A DNA stretch of 64,000 bases, from positions 1,248,001-1,312,000 of the forward strand of contig OZ218778.1 of assembly GCA_965112635.1 (NCBI GenBank), written 5' to 3'. A model generated the notes under the pieces. The model did no database searches, was not told the origin of the DNA, and was given only the letters and a program-made list of their open reading frames with translations. The DNA is from an uncultured bacterium. GTDB lineage: Bacteria > Oederibacteriota > Oederibacteriia > Oederibacteriales > Oederibacteriaceae. Below, piece by piece: positions 49,729-60,081 of this stretch. Both the position numbers and the translations under genes were made by a program. Numbering within the stretch: position 1 is the stretch's first letter; each line of letters starts with the position of its first letter.

Positions 49729-50643
49729 TTGCCTTTATTATTACTGTTATTTTTCATTCTTTCCGGTGCCTTGTCCCTTGATGCCGATGTCTCAGTGCTC
49801 GCTCCCGCGAGTTTAGCTATGCCTTTGGAAAATAGCTTGAACTCGGCCCGGGGTGCCGCAATGGGTTCAGCCTTTGTGGCTATCGCGAATGATTCGGCGG
49901 CGTTGTTTTGGAACCCCGCGGGACTGGGGATGGTCGATTCCATGGAGCTGGGATTCCACCACAATAGCTGGTTAACCGGTATTCTCCAGGAGACCGCGAT
50001 CTTCAATATTCCCGCTGAGGAGTTTGGAGGATTCGGGCTGGCCCTCAGTTATGTGAACTATGGAAGTTTCGAGGGCCGTGATGATAACGGCCTCTTGAGC
50101 GATTCTTACAGCGCCAATATGGTTTTTTTGGACCTGGGATGGGGCAATGAACTGATGCCCGGTTTATACGGAGGGGCTGCTGTCAAAGGTACCAATCAAA
50201 ATCTGGCGAACATCCAATACGGCGATGTTTCGGCGGATGTGGGGGTGATCTGGAAGGGTATTAAAAGGCTTTCCCTCGGAGCCACCGTCAGCAATCTAAG
50301 TCCCGGGGTGAACGGTTATGCCAAATCCGCCAGCGTGGATCTGGGGGCGGCTTACAATTTATTCCTGGGCAAGAAGAACCCTCCCTTGTTATTGGCTCTC
50401 AGTACCCAACTGGTACCAGGAGGGGTGAACAAGATGCATGGGGGCGTAGAGTATGTGGTCATGCGTATAATGGCCCTAAGAGGCGGTTTCCAAAATAGCC
50501 TAACAGATAATCAGATCGAAGGGATCAGCGGTCTTACTTTTGGGTTTGGGATCATTTACAAAAACTTTAACATTGATTACGCCTATCAAACTTTCGGTTA
50601 TCTGGGCAATCCTCAGATGGTCAGCGTGAGCTGCAGCTTTTAG
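49729..50643 (+). CDS. PorV/PorQ (UPF0164)-like outer-membrane beta-barrel
   Basis: SARGAAMGSAFVAIANDSAALFWNPAGLG, alternating beta-strand pattern, IDYAY and a terminal Phe. Confidence 0.8.
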   Translation: MPLLLLLFFILSGALSLDADVSVLAPASLAMPLENSLNSARGAAMGSAFVAIANDSAALFWNPAGLGMVDSMELGFHHNSWLTGILQETAIFNIPAEEFGGFGLALSYVNYGSFEGRDDNGLLSDSYSANMVFLDLGWGNELMPGLYGGAAVKGTNQNLANIQYGDVSADVGVIWKGIKRLSLGATVSNLSPGVNGYAKSASVDLGAAYNLFLGKKNPPLLLALSTQLVPGGVNKMHGGVEYVVMRIMALRGGFQNSLTDNQIEGISGLTFGFGIIYKNFNIDYAYQTFGYLGNPQMVSVSCSF

Positions 50644-50649
50644 TGTTTA

Positions 50650-51255
50650 TTAGGTTCTGGCAATGATCTTGATGTCTGGGGCTTCGTAAGGAATGCCAAC
50701 CAGGATGGAACGCGTCCAGCGGACCAGGCGGCGCAGGGGCCCGCGGGCCCAACTTTCTTTGTCCTCGCCGCTTTCCACGATCTCAAAACCCAGTTCGACA
50801 AGCTTTTCTTCTAAAATCTCTCTGGGATACGGCCGGACATGGTCAAAACCTTTCCAGAAATTCTCCGTCATCACATTGATGTTCCGCACATTAGGGGTGA
50901 TGAGGACGAGCAGCCCGCCTTTTTTCAGGTTACGGCGGCATTGAACCAGAATGTCCACCGCGATTTCAGAAGGGAAATGTTCTATCAAATGACGGCAGAA
51001 GATGCCGTCATATTTTTTCTTGGATCTTTTTAGAAAAAGATAAGCGTTGCCCTGGACGATCCTATGGCCCCGCCCGCGGCATTTGCGGACCACTTCAGGG
51101 TCAAGGTCCACCCCAAAACAGTCAAGGCCATTGGCCCGGCAAAGGTCCAGAAAATCACCCCTGCCACAGCCCAGTTCCAAAATAGCCTGGCCAGACTTAA
51201 ACAGGCTGATGTATTTCCTCTGGACCGCCACATTTTGGACCGCTATGTCAAACAA
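50650..51255 (-). CDS. Class I SAM methyltransferase
   Basis: LELGCGRG, GVDLD, HLIEH and LKKGGLLVLITPN. Confidence 0.85.
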   Translation of the reverse strand: MFDIAVQNVAVQRKYISLFKSGQAILELGCGRGDFLDLCRANGLDCFGVDLDPEVVRKCRGRGHRIVQGNAYLFLKRSKKKYDGIFCRHLIEHFPSEIAVDILVQCRRNLKKGGLLVLITPNVRNINVMTENFWKGFDHVRPYPREILEEKLVELGFEIVESGEDKESWARGPLRRLVRWTRSILVGIPYEAPDIKIIART

Positions 51256-51426
51256 AGGATATCCTTTCCTAAAGCAGAAAATCCGAAACTTGAATATAAC
51301 AGCCGAAGTGGTAATTAACTATGATAATTGTAGTATTATATCATTTAGTCCCAAGGAACTTCACGCAAAACCCCGCGTGGAGTCCAACAACGACAAAAGT
51401 TCCAAAACATTTTTTAAAGAGGCCCA

Positions 51427-52881
51427 ATGGTCAGTATCACAGCAAAGGTATTCAGGAACACCCTGGTCATTTTTCTAGGCCAGGTAGGTTATATGTTCCT
51501 GGGTTTTATCTGGTCCATCAAGCTGGGCCGGTATCTGGGGCCCCATGATTTCGGGCTCTACAACTCCCTTTATAGCTATATAGCCTTCTTTGAACTCCTG
51601 ACCAACAGCGGCATAGATACGGTCACGGTCAGACAGATCTCCGCGGAACCCGAGACCAAGGACCAGTGGGTTGGCCACGCGTTCCTGCTCAAGTTGATCT
51701 TGGGCGCCGTTGCCTGGTTGTTGTGCCTCTCCTGCATCGGCCTGATTCCGACAGACAAGATCCCCATCCAGCCATACCTGATGGTCGCCAGTTTCACGAT
51801 CTTTTTGTCCTGCTTTTCGTTTTTTACTTCGGTTTTCCAGGCCCAGCTTAAAATGCTGGTGCCGGTCCTGGCCAAATTGGCCGGAGCCACCCTTTTTATC
51901 GTTGCGGCTTTTTACCTGGCGGCCCGCCAGCATCCTTTGCAGGCTTTTGTGGCGGCCAAACTCCTCGTCCTAGGGTTGGGACCCTTGCTCATCGGCCTCG
52001 CCGGCCTCTCTATGTTGGACCATTATGGGCCGATCAAAGCCGTTTACCTCAAAAGGATCCTGGTTGAGTCATTCCCCTTTTTTGTTTCCAGTATTTTCAT
52101 TCTCATCTATTATCGAATCGGGGTGTTAATGATCGGGTGGTTCAAAAGCCAGGAGCAGGTGGGGTTTTATTCAGCGGCTTTCCAGCTGACCGCCTCGTTG
52201 GCTGTCATCCCCAGCGCTTTGATGACCTCTCTTTACCCGGTATTTTCCAAGGAAGCCGGGGAAGTGACGGACCGCCTCAGAAAAGCGTTCCGGTACAGCT
52301 TGAAGTACTTGTTCCTGCTCATCCTGCCTATTGCCGTTGGCACCACCCTGCTGGCCACTGAGATCATCCAGTTCTTTTTCAAGCAGGCCTATCTTCCTGC
52401 GGGTCAGGCTCTGGCCATCCTTGTCTGGGCCCAGGTGTTCAACTTTATCGGTTATGTCCTGGGCTATCTGCTGTGGGCTTTAAAAAAACAAAATATCAAT
52501 GCCTGGACCAACGTGGGCATGGTCGTGATCAATATCGGACTCAACCTGGTTTTGATACCTGGTCTGGGATTCAACGGAGCCAGCTTGGCCACGGTGGCCA
52601 CAGAAGCATTCAGCGTCGCGGTATGGTCCTGCTTTATCTTTAAGATATTCAAAGGTTTTCCCCAGGGTTGGCTGGTCAAGCCCCTGTTCGCCGCGGGAGT
52701 GATGGCCGGGGCGCTTTGGGGCCTGAACCAATCGCCGTGGATGGGGATGTGGCCGGCCTACGCCAGCCTGGGTTTCCGGGTGATCGCGGGGGCCGCGGTC
52801 TATCTAGTCGCTCTCCTGCTGCTCAAGGTTTTGGGCGATGAAGATTGGATCCTCTTTAAAAGCGCATTGTGGAAAAGGTAG
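51427..52881 (+). CDS. wzx: Wzx-type polysaccharide flippase
   Basis: RYLGPHDFGLY, VGFYSAA and GASLATV; roughly 12-14 hydrophobic segments. Confidence 0.88.
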   Translation: MVSITAKVFRNTLVIFLGQVGYMFLGFIWSIKLGRYLGPHDFGLYNSLYSYIAFFELLTNSGIDTVTVRQISAEPETKDQWVGHAFLLKLILGAVAWLLCLSCIGLIPTDKIPIQPYLMVASFTIFLSCFSFFTSVFQAQLKMLVPVLAKLAGATLFIVAAFYLAARQHPLQAFVAAKLLVLGLGPLLIGLAGLSMLDHYGPIKAVYLKRILVESFPFFVSSIFILIYYRIGVLMIGWFKSQEQVGFYSAAFQLTASLAVIPSALMTSLYPVFSKEAGEVTDRLRKAFRYSLKYLFLLILPIAVGTTLLATEIIQFFFKQAYLPAGQALAILVWAQVFNFIGYVLGYLLWALKKQNINAWTNVGMVVINIGLNLVLIPGLGFNGASLATVATEAFSVAVWSCFIFKIFKGFPQGWLVKPLFAAGVMAGALWGLNQSPWMGMWPAYASLGFRVIAGAAVYLVALLLLKVLGDEDWILFKSALWKR

Positions 52882-52891
52882 GGAGTAAACT

Positions 52892-55312
52892 TTGAAACAA
52901 AATGTCCTGGTTTTTCTTTTGCTGGTTTTATTGGCGGCCTGTTTTTTTTACGGAGTCGTGTTTAAGCAAGAGACTTTTTTCCTGGGCGACATTTACACCA
53001 TCCATATGCCGGAGAAGGTTTTTTTTTCCGAGAGGATCAGGGCCGGAGCCATGCCTCTATGGTGCCCTTATGGGCTTCTGGGATATCCCTTTCACGCGGA
53101 AGGACAGAGCCTCAGTTTTTATCCCCCGAACTTGTTCTTTGCTTTTTTCCCGGCAGCCCAGACCCTGGCCTGGCAGGTCGTCTTGCATGTTTTGCTGGCC
53201 GCCTTGTGTTTTTATTTTCTTGCCGCGGATTACGGGTTAGGCCCCGCGCCTGGAATTTTAGCCGGTATCACCTACGCGTTCTCCGGATTTATGGTGGCCC
53301 ATACCGAGAATTTCAATATGCTCACCGCTTGCGCCTGGCTGCCCCTTTTGTTCCTGTGGGCAAAGAAAATGCTGGAAAGACCCCGCTTTATTTTCGCCCT
53401 ACCGTTCTGCCTGACAGCTTGTTTGATGGTCCTGGGAGGCAATCCGCATGTAGTTTTCCTGGGATTTTTGCTGACCTTGAGTTACGGGGTCTTTTTGTCC
53501 ATCCGGTGTAAAGGCAGACGCCTAGCCTGTTTGGCCGTTCTCTTTGGGTGTTTTATCCTGGTTTTGCTGCTCACCGCGGTCCAGCTGCTGCCCACCTTGG
53601 AGTTGATCGGGCAGTCCCTCAGGAACAATCGCGGAGCCTGGGCCCAAGAGGGCGACCTGCATCCCTTATTGCTGGCCCAGTTCCTTTTCCCTTACCTTCT
53701 GGGGGACCCGGCCAACAACACTTACTGGGGAGCAAACCTTGGGGTATGGAACTTTCCCAACTATGCGGTTTATCTCGGCCTCCTGCCCCTTTGTCTCATC
53801 CTCCTTTTTTTCGGCAAGCAAAAGAGAAAAGATTTTGGTTTCTTTGGCTGGGCCTTTGTCCTCAGCCTGGTCCTGTCCCTGGGAAAATATTTTCCACCCA
53901 ACGAATGGATCAATAGTCTGCCTGGTTTTGCCTGGTTCAGGGATCCCGTGCGATTCCTTTTTATAGCAGGATTTTGCGGGAGCCTGCTGGCGGCCGGGGG
54001 CTTGGACCGCTTGGCTCAAAAGGATATCACTCAGTGGAAAAATAGACTCAGGTGGTTCCTGGGGATCGGGACCGCGGTCTGGGTCCTGGGAGCCGCGGCG
54101 CTGCTTGCAGGCTGGACGCTTCGTTCCAAGGCCATGGAGGCGGGTCTGGCCTTCATGCAACAGAGGGTATTTGAAAAGGGAAGTCATTTTTATCCATGGG
54201 ATTATTACGTCAGCAAGCTGACCCGTTCTCTGGCTTTCCTCGAAGTCCACTTCAGCCTCCAATGGATCATCCTGGCCGCCTGCTTGGTCCTGCTCTTCCT
54301 GAGGAAGCGCCGAGCCCTATCCGGGAGTTCTTTCCAGACCGCCTGCGTGATCCTGACGGTGCTGGACCTGTTCCATTTTGGGATGAGTTATAACGCCACG
54401 ATCTCCAAAAGGTTCTACAGCACTCCGCCTCAAACGGTGCTGGCGTTCCAGGCAGGGCTGGGACCCTACCGGTATTTTCCCTGGAGGATCTTTGACGCGG
54501 AGCGAAAGATCTTTCCAGAAGGACGACAGTGGCTGGGGGACCTGAGCGCCTATTATGAATACCGGGAAATGATCCCAACCAACGCCAACTTTTTTTATAA
54601 ATATTCCACTCTCATGGGCAGCGACGCCCTGGATGTCCAAAGGCATTGGACCTGGGTGGACAAATTGTACCAGGCGCAGGCCGGCCCAGTTTCGCTGCCG
54701 CTGGAATATTTCCTGGAAAAGGAACCTGTTCTGTCGCTTTCCGGCGTAAGATATATTTTGACAACCGAGGAGAATAAAGCTTCCTTTCTCCAAGAGGATT
54801 ATCAGTTGGGAAAGGTGAGGATCTACGAGAACAAGCTAGCTGTCCCGCGGGCCTACCTGGCAGACAAGGTGGGTTATGCCTCCTCAGGGGAGGAAGCCTT
54901 GGCCATGACCCTGCGACAACGGCCCCAAGACTTTCCGGCTATCCTGGAATGCCCTCCGATCGACACTATTACCAACATCCGGCCGAAGAAAAAGGGAGAG
55001 GTTGTTTGGTTCAAAAACAACCCCGAAGATATCATCCTTGAAGTGCATACACAGCAGGCTAAGGTGCTGGTTTTGACCGATGTTAATTATCCGGGTTGGA
55101 ACGCTAAATTAGACGGCAAAACAACGGATATCCTAACCGCCAACTATTTATTCAGGGGCTTGGCCGTTCCAGCCGGGACCCATGTTGTGGAATTCAGTTT
55201 CGAGCCCGAGTCTTTTTATCGAGGGGTCCTCATCAGTTTATCGGTTTTGGGCGTCGTGCTGTTAGGTGCTCTCGTGGTCTTTATCCGGAGGAGCGGGCAT
55301 GGAGTTTGCTGA
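52892..55312 (+). CDS. YfhO-family GT-C membrane protein
   Basis: PLWCPYGLLGYPFHA, FRDPVRF and C-terminal NYPGWNAKLDG...ANYLFRG. Confidence 0.82.
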   Translation: MKQNVLVFLLLVLLAACFFYGVVFKQETFFLGDIYTIHMPEKVFFSERIRAGAMPLWCPYGLLGYPFHAEGQSLSFYPPNLFFAFFPAAQTLAWQVVLHVLLAALCFYFLAADYGLGPAPGILAGITYAFSGFMVAHTENFNMLTACAWLPLLFLWAKKMLERPRFIFALPFCLTACLMVLGGNPHVVFLGFLLTLSYGVFLSIRCKGRRLACLAVLFGCFILVLLLTAVQLLPTLELIGQSLRNNRGAWAQEGDLHPLLLAQFLFPYLLGDPANNTYWGANLGVWNFPNYAVYLGLLPLCLILLFFGKQKRKDFGFFGWAFVLSLVLSLGKYFPPNEWINSLPGFAWFRDPVRFLFIAGFCGSLLAAGGLDRLAQKDITQWKNRLRWFLGIGTAVWVLGAAALLAGWTLRSKAMEAGLAFMQQRVFEKGSHFYPWDYYVSKLTRSLAFLEVHFSLQWIILAACLVLLFLRKRRALSGSSFQTACVILTVLDLFHFGMSYNATISKRFYSTPPQTVLAFQAGLGPYRYFPWRIFDAERKIFPEGRQWLGDLSAYYEYREMIPTNANFFYKYSTLMGSDALDVQRHWTWVDKLYQAQAGPVSLPLEYFLEKEPVLSLSGVRYILTTEENKASFLQEDYQLGKVRIYENKLAVPRAYLADKVGYASSGEEALAMTLRQRPQDFPAILECPPIDTITNIRPKKKGEVVWFKNNPEDIILEVHTQQAKVLVLTDVNYPGWNAKLDGKTTDILTANYLFRGLAVPAGTHVVEFSFEPESFYRGVLISLSVLGVVLLGALVVFIRRSGHGVC

Positions 55313-56381
55313 CATGATCAAAAGGAACCCTCAAAAAATCCTTGTCCTTAAAGACGATTCTCTGGGTGATTTCTTGATGGCAGTGCCGTTTTTCAAGAAA
55401 TTGAAAGAGCTCTACCCTAAAAGCCGCATCAGCGCCCTAGTAAGTTCGAGCGCCAGGGAAGTCGCGGAAGTATGCCCCTATATCCAGGAGGTGATCGTGG
55501 CCAACCCCACCTGGTACAAGAGGAATCCTGGGCATTTAGAAAACCTCAAGATGTGCTGGCAGCTGGCCAAAGTGCTTTCTCAAAAACAATTTGACCTGGT
55601 CATCGGTATGAGAAGACGGGACCGCATGGAATCTTTGTTGCTCTCCCTGATCAAAGCAAGGTTAAAAGTCGGTTACAGCGTGGGAATGACGGGATGGGGG
55701 ATCCAGGTCAAGCTGCCTAGAACGAGTCTGACGCAACACGAAGTGCTAAAAAATTTAGAGATCCTAAAAGTGTGGGGCAAGCAGGAGCAAAAACCTGTTT
55801 TGGAAATGTGGCTAAACCCTGAAGATGAACAATGGGCCAAAAGGTTCCTCGACGGTCTTGGCCGGGACAGGTCAAAGCCGCTGGCCACCCTCCATCCAGG
55901 AGCAGGCAAGCCGGTCAAGCAATGGGGAGCAGAAAATTTCGCCAACCTAACCAATAGTCTCGTCGAAAAAGGCTGCCAGGTACTGGTGGTTTTGAGCAGC
56001 GCTGAGATCAGTTTGTGGGAGGAGATCGCCCCCTTGCTCAAGCACGAGGTGTTCGCCTGTATCGGTCAGGCAACGGTAAGGCAGATGGCGGCTTTACTGA
56101 AGACCAGCGATGTCTTTGTGGGCAATGACAGCGGGCCCACGCATTTGGCCGTGGCCCTTAGAGTGCCGGCGGTCTGCCTTTTCAGCGGAGCCAATCTTTC
56201 GGACGAGTGGAGGCCGTGGAACACCGACAGTCCGCTTAAGCTTTTGGAAGGCAGGACAGAATGCCGGCTCTGTGGCAGGTGGGACTGCCCGCAAAAACCA
56301 GAGAACCTGTGCCTGAGGCAGATCACGGTCGCGGATGCCGTCAGCGCTGTGGAGGAGTTGCTACGAACAAAAAAGGCCTGA
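55299..56381 (+). CDS. Glycosyltransferase family 9 (heptosyltransferase-like)
   Basis: SLGDFLMAVP, HPGA...KQW and GNDSGPTHLAVAL. Confidence 0.88.
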   Translation: MEFADMIKRNPQKILVLKDDSLGDFLMAVPFFKKLKELYPKSRISALVSSSAREVAEVCPYIQEVIVANPTWYKRNPGHLENLKMCWQLAKVLSQKQFDLVIGMRRRDRMESLLLSLIKARLKVGYSVGMTGWGIQVKLPRTSLTQHEVLKNLEILKVWGKQEQKPVLEMWLNPEDEQWAKRFLDGLGRDRSKPLATLHPGAGKPVKQWGAENFANLTNSLVEKGCQVLVVLSSAEISLWEEIAPLLKHEVFACIGQATVRQMAALLKTSDVFVGNDSGPTHLAVALRVPAVCLFSGANLSDEWRPWNTDSPLKLLEGRTECRLCGRWDCPQKPENLCLRQITVADAVSAVEELLRTKKA

Positions 56382-57130
56382 AACAACAGTGGGATAAAAC
56401 CCAGCGTCACTGGGACGACCGGGAGTTCCTAGCCAACCAGGCTTCCAGCCTGATGAAACTGCGTTGGAAGCTTATCGACGAAAGGGTCGCGGCCAGGGTC
56501 CGGGACCTCTTCCGGCAACAGGGAAAGGCTCTGCGGATTTTGGATGTGGGCTGCGGCAGGGGAGAGCTCTGGGGAAAGGTCAAGCCGTTCGCCAGGGATT
56601 ATGTCGGAATAGACGCTTCGGATAAGATGCTCCCGAGCTGGAAAAAAGCGGGTGATACCCGCCGATTCATAAGGGCCGAGGCTGAAAAACTTCCCAAGAC
56701 CCTGCGGGAATTTGATGTTGCGGTCTATAAAGAGAGCCTGGACCATTGCTACGACCCGGGTTTGGCCCTGAAAAACACCTGTTTTGCCCTGAAAAAAGGC
56801 GGGAAAATCATGGTGACCCTTAACAACCACTCTTCCTACTACAAGAGGATGTTCTCAGGCCATACCGGGAACCTGGAAAGGCGGCAAGCCGACCATTTCC
56901 ATTTTTTTGATATCCCTTCCCTGGGGCGTCATTTGGAACAGCAGGGTTACAGGGTGGTCTACTGGCAGACCTTTCATTACCTCAGGCTGCCTCTGGCAGT
57001 GGAAAACATCCTCGGTAAAATATTCCCTGAGGTCGTGAACAAGGGCTTGATCGCATTTTTTGATCTTTGCGGCAGGGCTGTGATGCCGCGTTCCGGAGGG
57101 GCTTTGATCGTGGAGGGAGAAAAAAAGTGA
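56363..57130 (+). CDS. Class I SAM methyltransferase (start codon reads ACG)
   Basis: LDVGCGRG, GIDAS, SLDH and LKKGG. A strong SD GGAGGAG lies 5 nt before the in-frame ACG at 56363. Confidence 0.75.
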   Translation, partial: TNKKGLKQQWDKTQRHWDDREFLANQASSLMKLRWKLIDERVAARVRDLFRQQGKALRILDVGCGRGELWGKVKPFARDYVGIDASDKMLPSWKKAGDTRRFIRAEAEKLPKTLREFDVAVYKESLDHCYDPGLALKNTCFALKKGGKIMVTLNNHSSYYKRMFSGHTGNLERRQADHFHFFDIPSLGRHLEQQGYRVVYWQTFHYLRLPLAVENILGKIFPEVVNKGLIAFFDLCGRAVMPRSGGALIVEGEKK

Positions 57131-58272
57131 AGATCGCGCTGGATGGACGCCTGATCTACAAAAGGGGCATCGGCCGTTATTTGGAAGGGCTGGTCGCCGG
57201 CCTCCAAAAGATAGACAAAAAAAATTCCTACACTCTTTTTCTGGACCAGAGGTCGCATTCCATAGGACCTTTGGCAGCCAACTGGGACGCCAAAGTTGTC
57301 CGCGCCTTTAACCCGGCCTGGTGGGAGCGGGTAGCTTTTCCCCAGGCTGTCCAAAAGGGCGGCTTTGACCTGGCGCACTATACGGACAACACCGGTTTCT
57401 GGAATTTGAGCTGTCCGTATCTTGTCACTATCCATGACACGCTTTTTTTCCGGCCCAGCCGGGATACCTTTCCCAAAGCCACCCTGTATCAAAGGATGGC
57501 CTTGGCTTACAGGCGAAAAGTCGTTCCCCGGGTCGCCCGAAAGGCAGGCCGGATACTGACCGTTTCAGAATTTTCCAGCTCGCAGATACAGGCTTGCCTC
57601 AAAGTACCCAAAGAAAAGATCGTGGTCACTCCGGAGGCGGCGGGCAAGGACTTTTTCGCCCGGAAGTCCCAGGCTGCGGTCAAAACAACCAGGGAGCATT
57701 ACGGAATCCATTCAAAGTATATTCTGAACTACGGCGCCCTGGACCTTAGGAAAAATACCGGCCTGATGCTGGAGGCTTTTGCTTTGATGTCCAAAAGCTT
57801 GGGGCATAGCCTTGACCTCGTCATCCTGGGAATGCCGGCCAGGGAACTATGGCAGGGAGGGTTCGGCCAGAAAGCAAAGAGATTGGGCATTGAGGCGAGG
57901 GTGCATTTCCTGTCCGAGGTCAGCCAGGAAGACCTGGTGGCCTTATATCAAGGCAGCGACCTTTTTGTATTTCCCAGCAAGGGAGAGGGTTTTGGCCTGG
58001 CGCTGCTGGAGGCATTCGCCTCAGGCGTACCGGTCCTTACTTCGGACGCAGCCAGTCTGCCTGAGGTTGCGGGCGGTGCCGCCCTTTTGTTGCCGCCTTT
58101 TTATCCGGACCAATGGGCGTCGGCGATGGTCAGGGTTTTGCAGAGCCCATCCCTCAGGAATAGTATGATAAAAAAAGGGTTTTCGCGGGCCAGGCAGTTC
58201 AGCTGGGAAACTACAGCCCGGCTGACTTTGAGCGCCTATGAAAAACTCCATAAGGAGGCGGGTATTGATTAA
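57127..58272 (+). CDS. Glycosyltransferase family 4
   Basis: GIGRY, TIHD, RKN and FPSKGEGFGLALLEAFASGVPV...SLPEV. GTG start overlaps the upstream stop. Confidence 0.9.
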   Translation: MKIALDGRLIYKRGIGRYLEGLVAGLQKIDKKNSYTLFLDQRSHSIGPLAANWDAKVVRAFNPAWWERVAFPQAVQKGGFDLAHYTDNTGFWNLSCPYLVTIHDTLFFRPSRDTFPKATLYQRMALAYRRKVVPRVARKAGRILTVSEFSSSQIQACLKVPKEKIVVTPEAAGKDFFARKSQAAVKTTREHYGIHSKYILNYGALDLRKNTGLMLEAFALMSKSLGHSLDLVILGMPARELWQGGFGQKAKRLGIEARVHFLSEVSQEDLVALYQGSDLFVFPSKGEGFGLALLEAFASGVPVLTSDAASLPEVAGGAALLLPPFYPDQWASAMVRVLQSPSLRNSMIKKGFSRARQFSWETTARLTLSAYEKLHKEAGID

Positions 58273-60025
58273 CGCGATCCTATTGGTCATCTTGTCCGCG
58301 GCCCTGACCTCTTGGGGTTTGGGTAAAGCCGGACAGGAACAAAATATATTGAGCTGGTTCCTGGTCCTTATGTCCATTTACCTTGTGGTATGGGCTGGTT
58401 TGGCTGGAGCCGGGGCCAAGTGGGGCAAAACCACCTTTAGAGAAACAGGGAGACTGTTCTCCTACGGATTTCTGTCATCCATTCTTCTTTTTTTGATCCC
58501 CGTGGCGGTCCGGATGCCTCTGCCTATGCCGCACAACTTTGCCCTGCGCAAGATACAGCTGGTGTTCGGACTGGCTTACTTGGTCTTTGGGGTCATTCAA
58601 TTCGTTATTTTTTTACGTCTGGTGAACCGGAACGGACAGTGGCAAAAACTGGAGATGAAAAAGCTCAAAGTATTGCTCTGGAGCACGGCTTTTGTTTTCT
58701 ATTGTTTTGTGGGGCTGTGGATGAGCTATTGCAACCAACCCACCGGGGATGAGCCCCACTACCTGCTCATGGCCCACAGCCTTGTATACGACCACGACCT
58801 TGACCTGAAGAACAATTATGAGAACAAGGATTACCAAGAATTCTACCAGGGCGAAATCGAGCCGCAGGATGAAGGACAGGCCACGGGAACCCACTATTCC
58901 CACCATTCGCCCGGCCTGGCTTTTTTGCTGGCCCTCCCTTACCTGATGTACGGCGTGTGGGGGGCGCGAGTGTTGATGTTGGGCATCGCGGCTTTTTTCA
59001 GTTTGAACCTGTTTTTGCTTGTCTGGGAAGTTTATAAGAGGCGGCAGGAAGCGTTTTTGACCTGGCTGATTTGCCTGACATCCGCTCCACTGGTCCTTTA
59101 CAGTAACCACTTGGCCACGGAAATGACCAGCGGCTGTATTGTCACCTATTTGTTCCGCAAATGTCTGGATGAAAAAAAGAGTTTTTCCCCTATTCTTCTG
59201 GGTCTGGGTCTGGGAGCTTTGTGCTGGCTGCACGAGATGAACTACCTGATGTCCCTGCTTTTGTTTTCTGTTCTGGTCTGGAAAAAACCGGGGCGCCCTT
59301 ATTTGGCCTGGACCTTGTTGAGCTATACTGTCATGGTGGGCCTGATCTCGTGGCTCAACTACAGACATTTCGGCTCCATCCTTGCAGGACATAACCTGGA
59401 GAATTTTGTGATATCCGGCAATCCTTTATACGTGCCCGCGGCAGCCTCGCCATTCCTGGTAGCGTTAAAGAGCATGTTCCGGGCCGGAATGGGCCAGTTC
59501 CTTGACCAGGAATGCGGACTGTTTTTTTATGCCCCTGTTTTCATTTTTGTGGGTGCGGGTTGGTTTTACCTGAAAAAGTTCAATAAAGAACTGGCCTTTA
59601 CGCTGGCCTTGATGCTGTTGTCCTACCTCCTGGTCATCAGCTCTTTCGGGGGTTGGAGGGGAGGAGGGCCTGGGCCGCGCTACCTAGTTCCCTTACATCT
59701 GATCTTTACCTTGTGTTTGGCCGGGGTCCTGATTTGGCTGAAAAAGAGCAAGTTCTGGAAGTGGCTTTGGCTGCTGGTTGGAATAGGCTGGCTGGAGGCT
59801 TTTGTTTTTGCCTGGATACCCTGGATGCGTTTCAGCAGGGGCAATGGGATAAATTGGATATTTGTCATTTTAGAAAGGCCGCTGCATTTGCCTCTTCATC
59901 TCCTGTTCCCGAGTTTATGGGTGGGGGGAATGAGGTCTTATGTTTTATCCTTATTGTACGGTTTCTTGATCGTGTGGGGGACATGGAAGGTTTATAGGGA
60001 ACTAGGCGGCAAAGGCCGCGTCTAA
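58265..60025 (+). CDS. GT-C-fold membrane glycosyltransferase-like protein
   Basis: Multi-TM protein with GDEPHYLLMAHSLVYDHDLD in the first large loop, plus GLFFYAP and PRYLVP. Confidence 0.7.
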   Translation: MINAILLVILSAALTSWGLGKAGQEQNILSWFLVLMSIYLVVWAGLAGAGAKWGKTTFRETGRLFSYGFLSSILLFLIPVAVRMPLPMPHNFALRKIQLVFGLAYLVFGVIQFVIFLRLVNRNGQWQKLEMKKLKVLLWSTAFVFYCFVGLWMSYCNQPTGDEPHYLLMAHSLVYDHDLDLKNNYENKDYQEFYQGEIEPQDEGQATGTHYSHHSPGLAFLLALPYLMYGVWGARVLMLGIAAFFSLNLFLLVWEVYKRRQEAFLTWLICLTSAPLVLYSNHLATEMTSGCIVTYLFRKCLDEKKSFSPILLGLGLGALCWLHEMNYLMSLLLFSVLVWKKPGRPYLAWTLLSYTVMVGLISWLNYRHFGSILAGHNLENFVISGNPLYVPAAASPFLVALKSMFRAGMGQFLDQECGLFFYAPVFIFVGAGWFYLKKFNKELAFTLALMLLSYLLVISSFGGWRGGGPGPRYLVPLHLIFTLCLAGVLIWLKKSKFWKWLWLLVGIGWLEAFVFAWIPWMRFSRGNGINWIFVILERPLHLPLHLLFPSLWVGGMRSYVLSLLYGFLIVWGTWKVYRELGGKGRV

Positions 60026-60081
60026 AAAACGCCAGGGATATTTTGGGATGACCTGGCAGGACAAAAAGTGAGAGGTGTATC

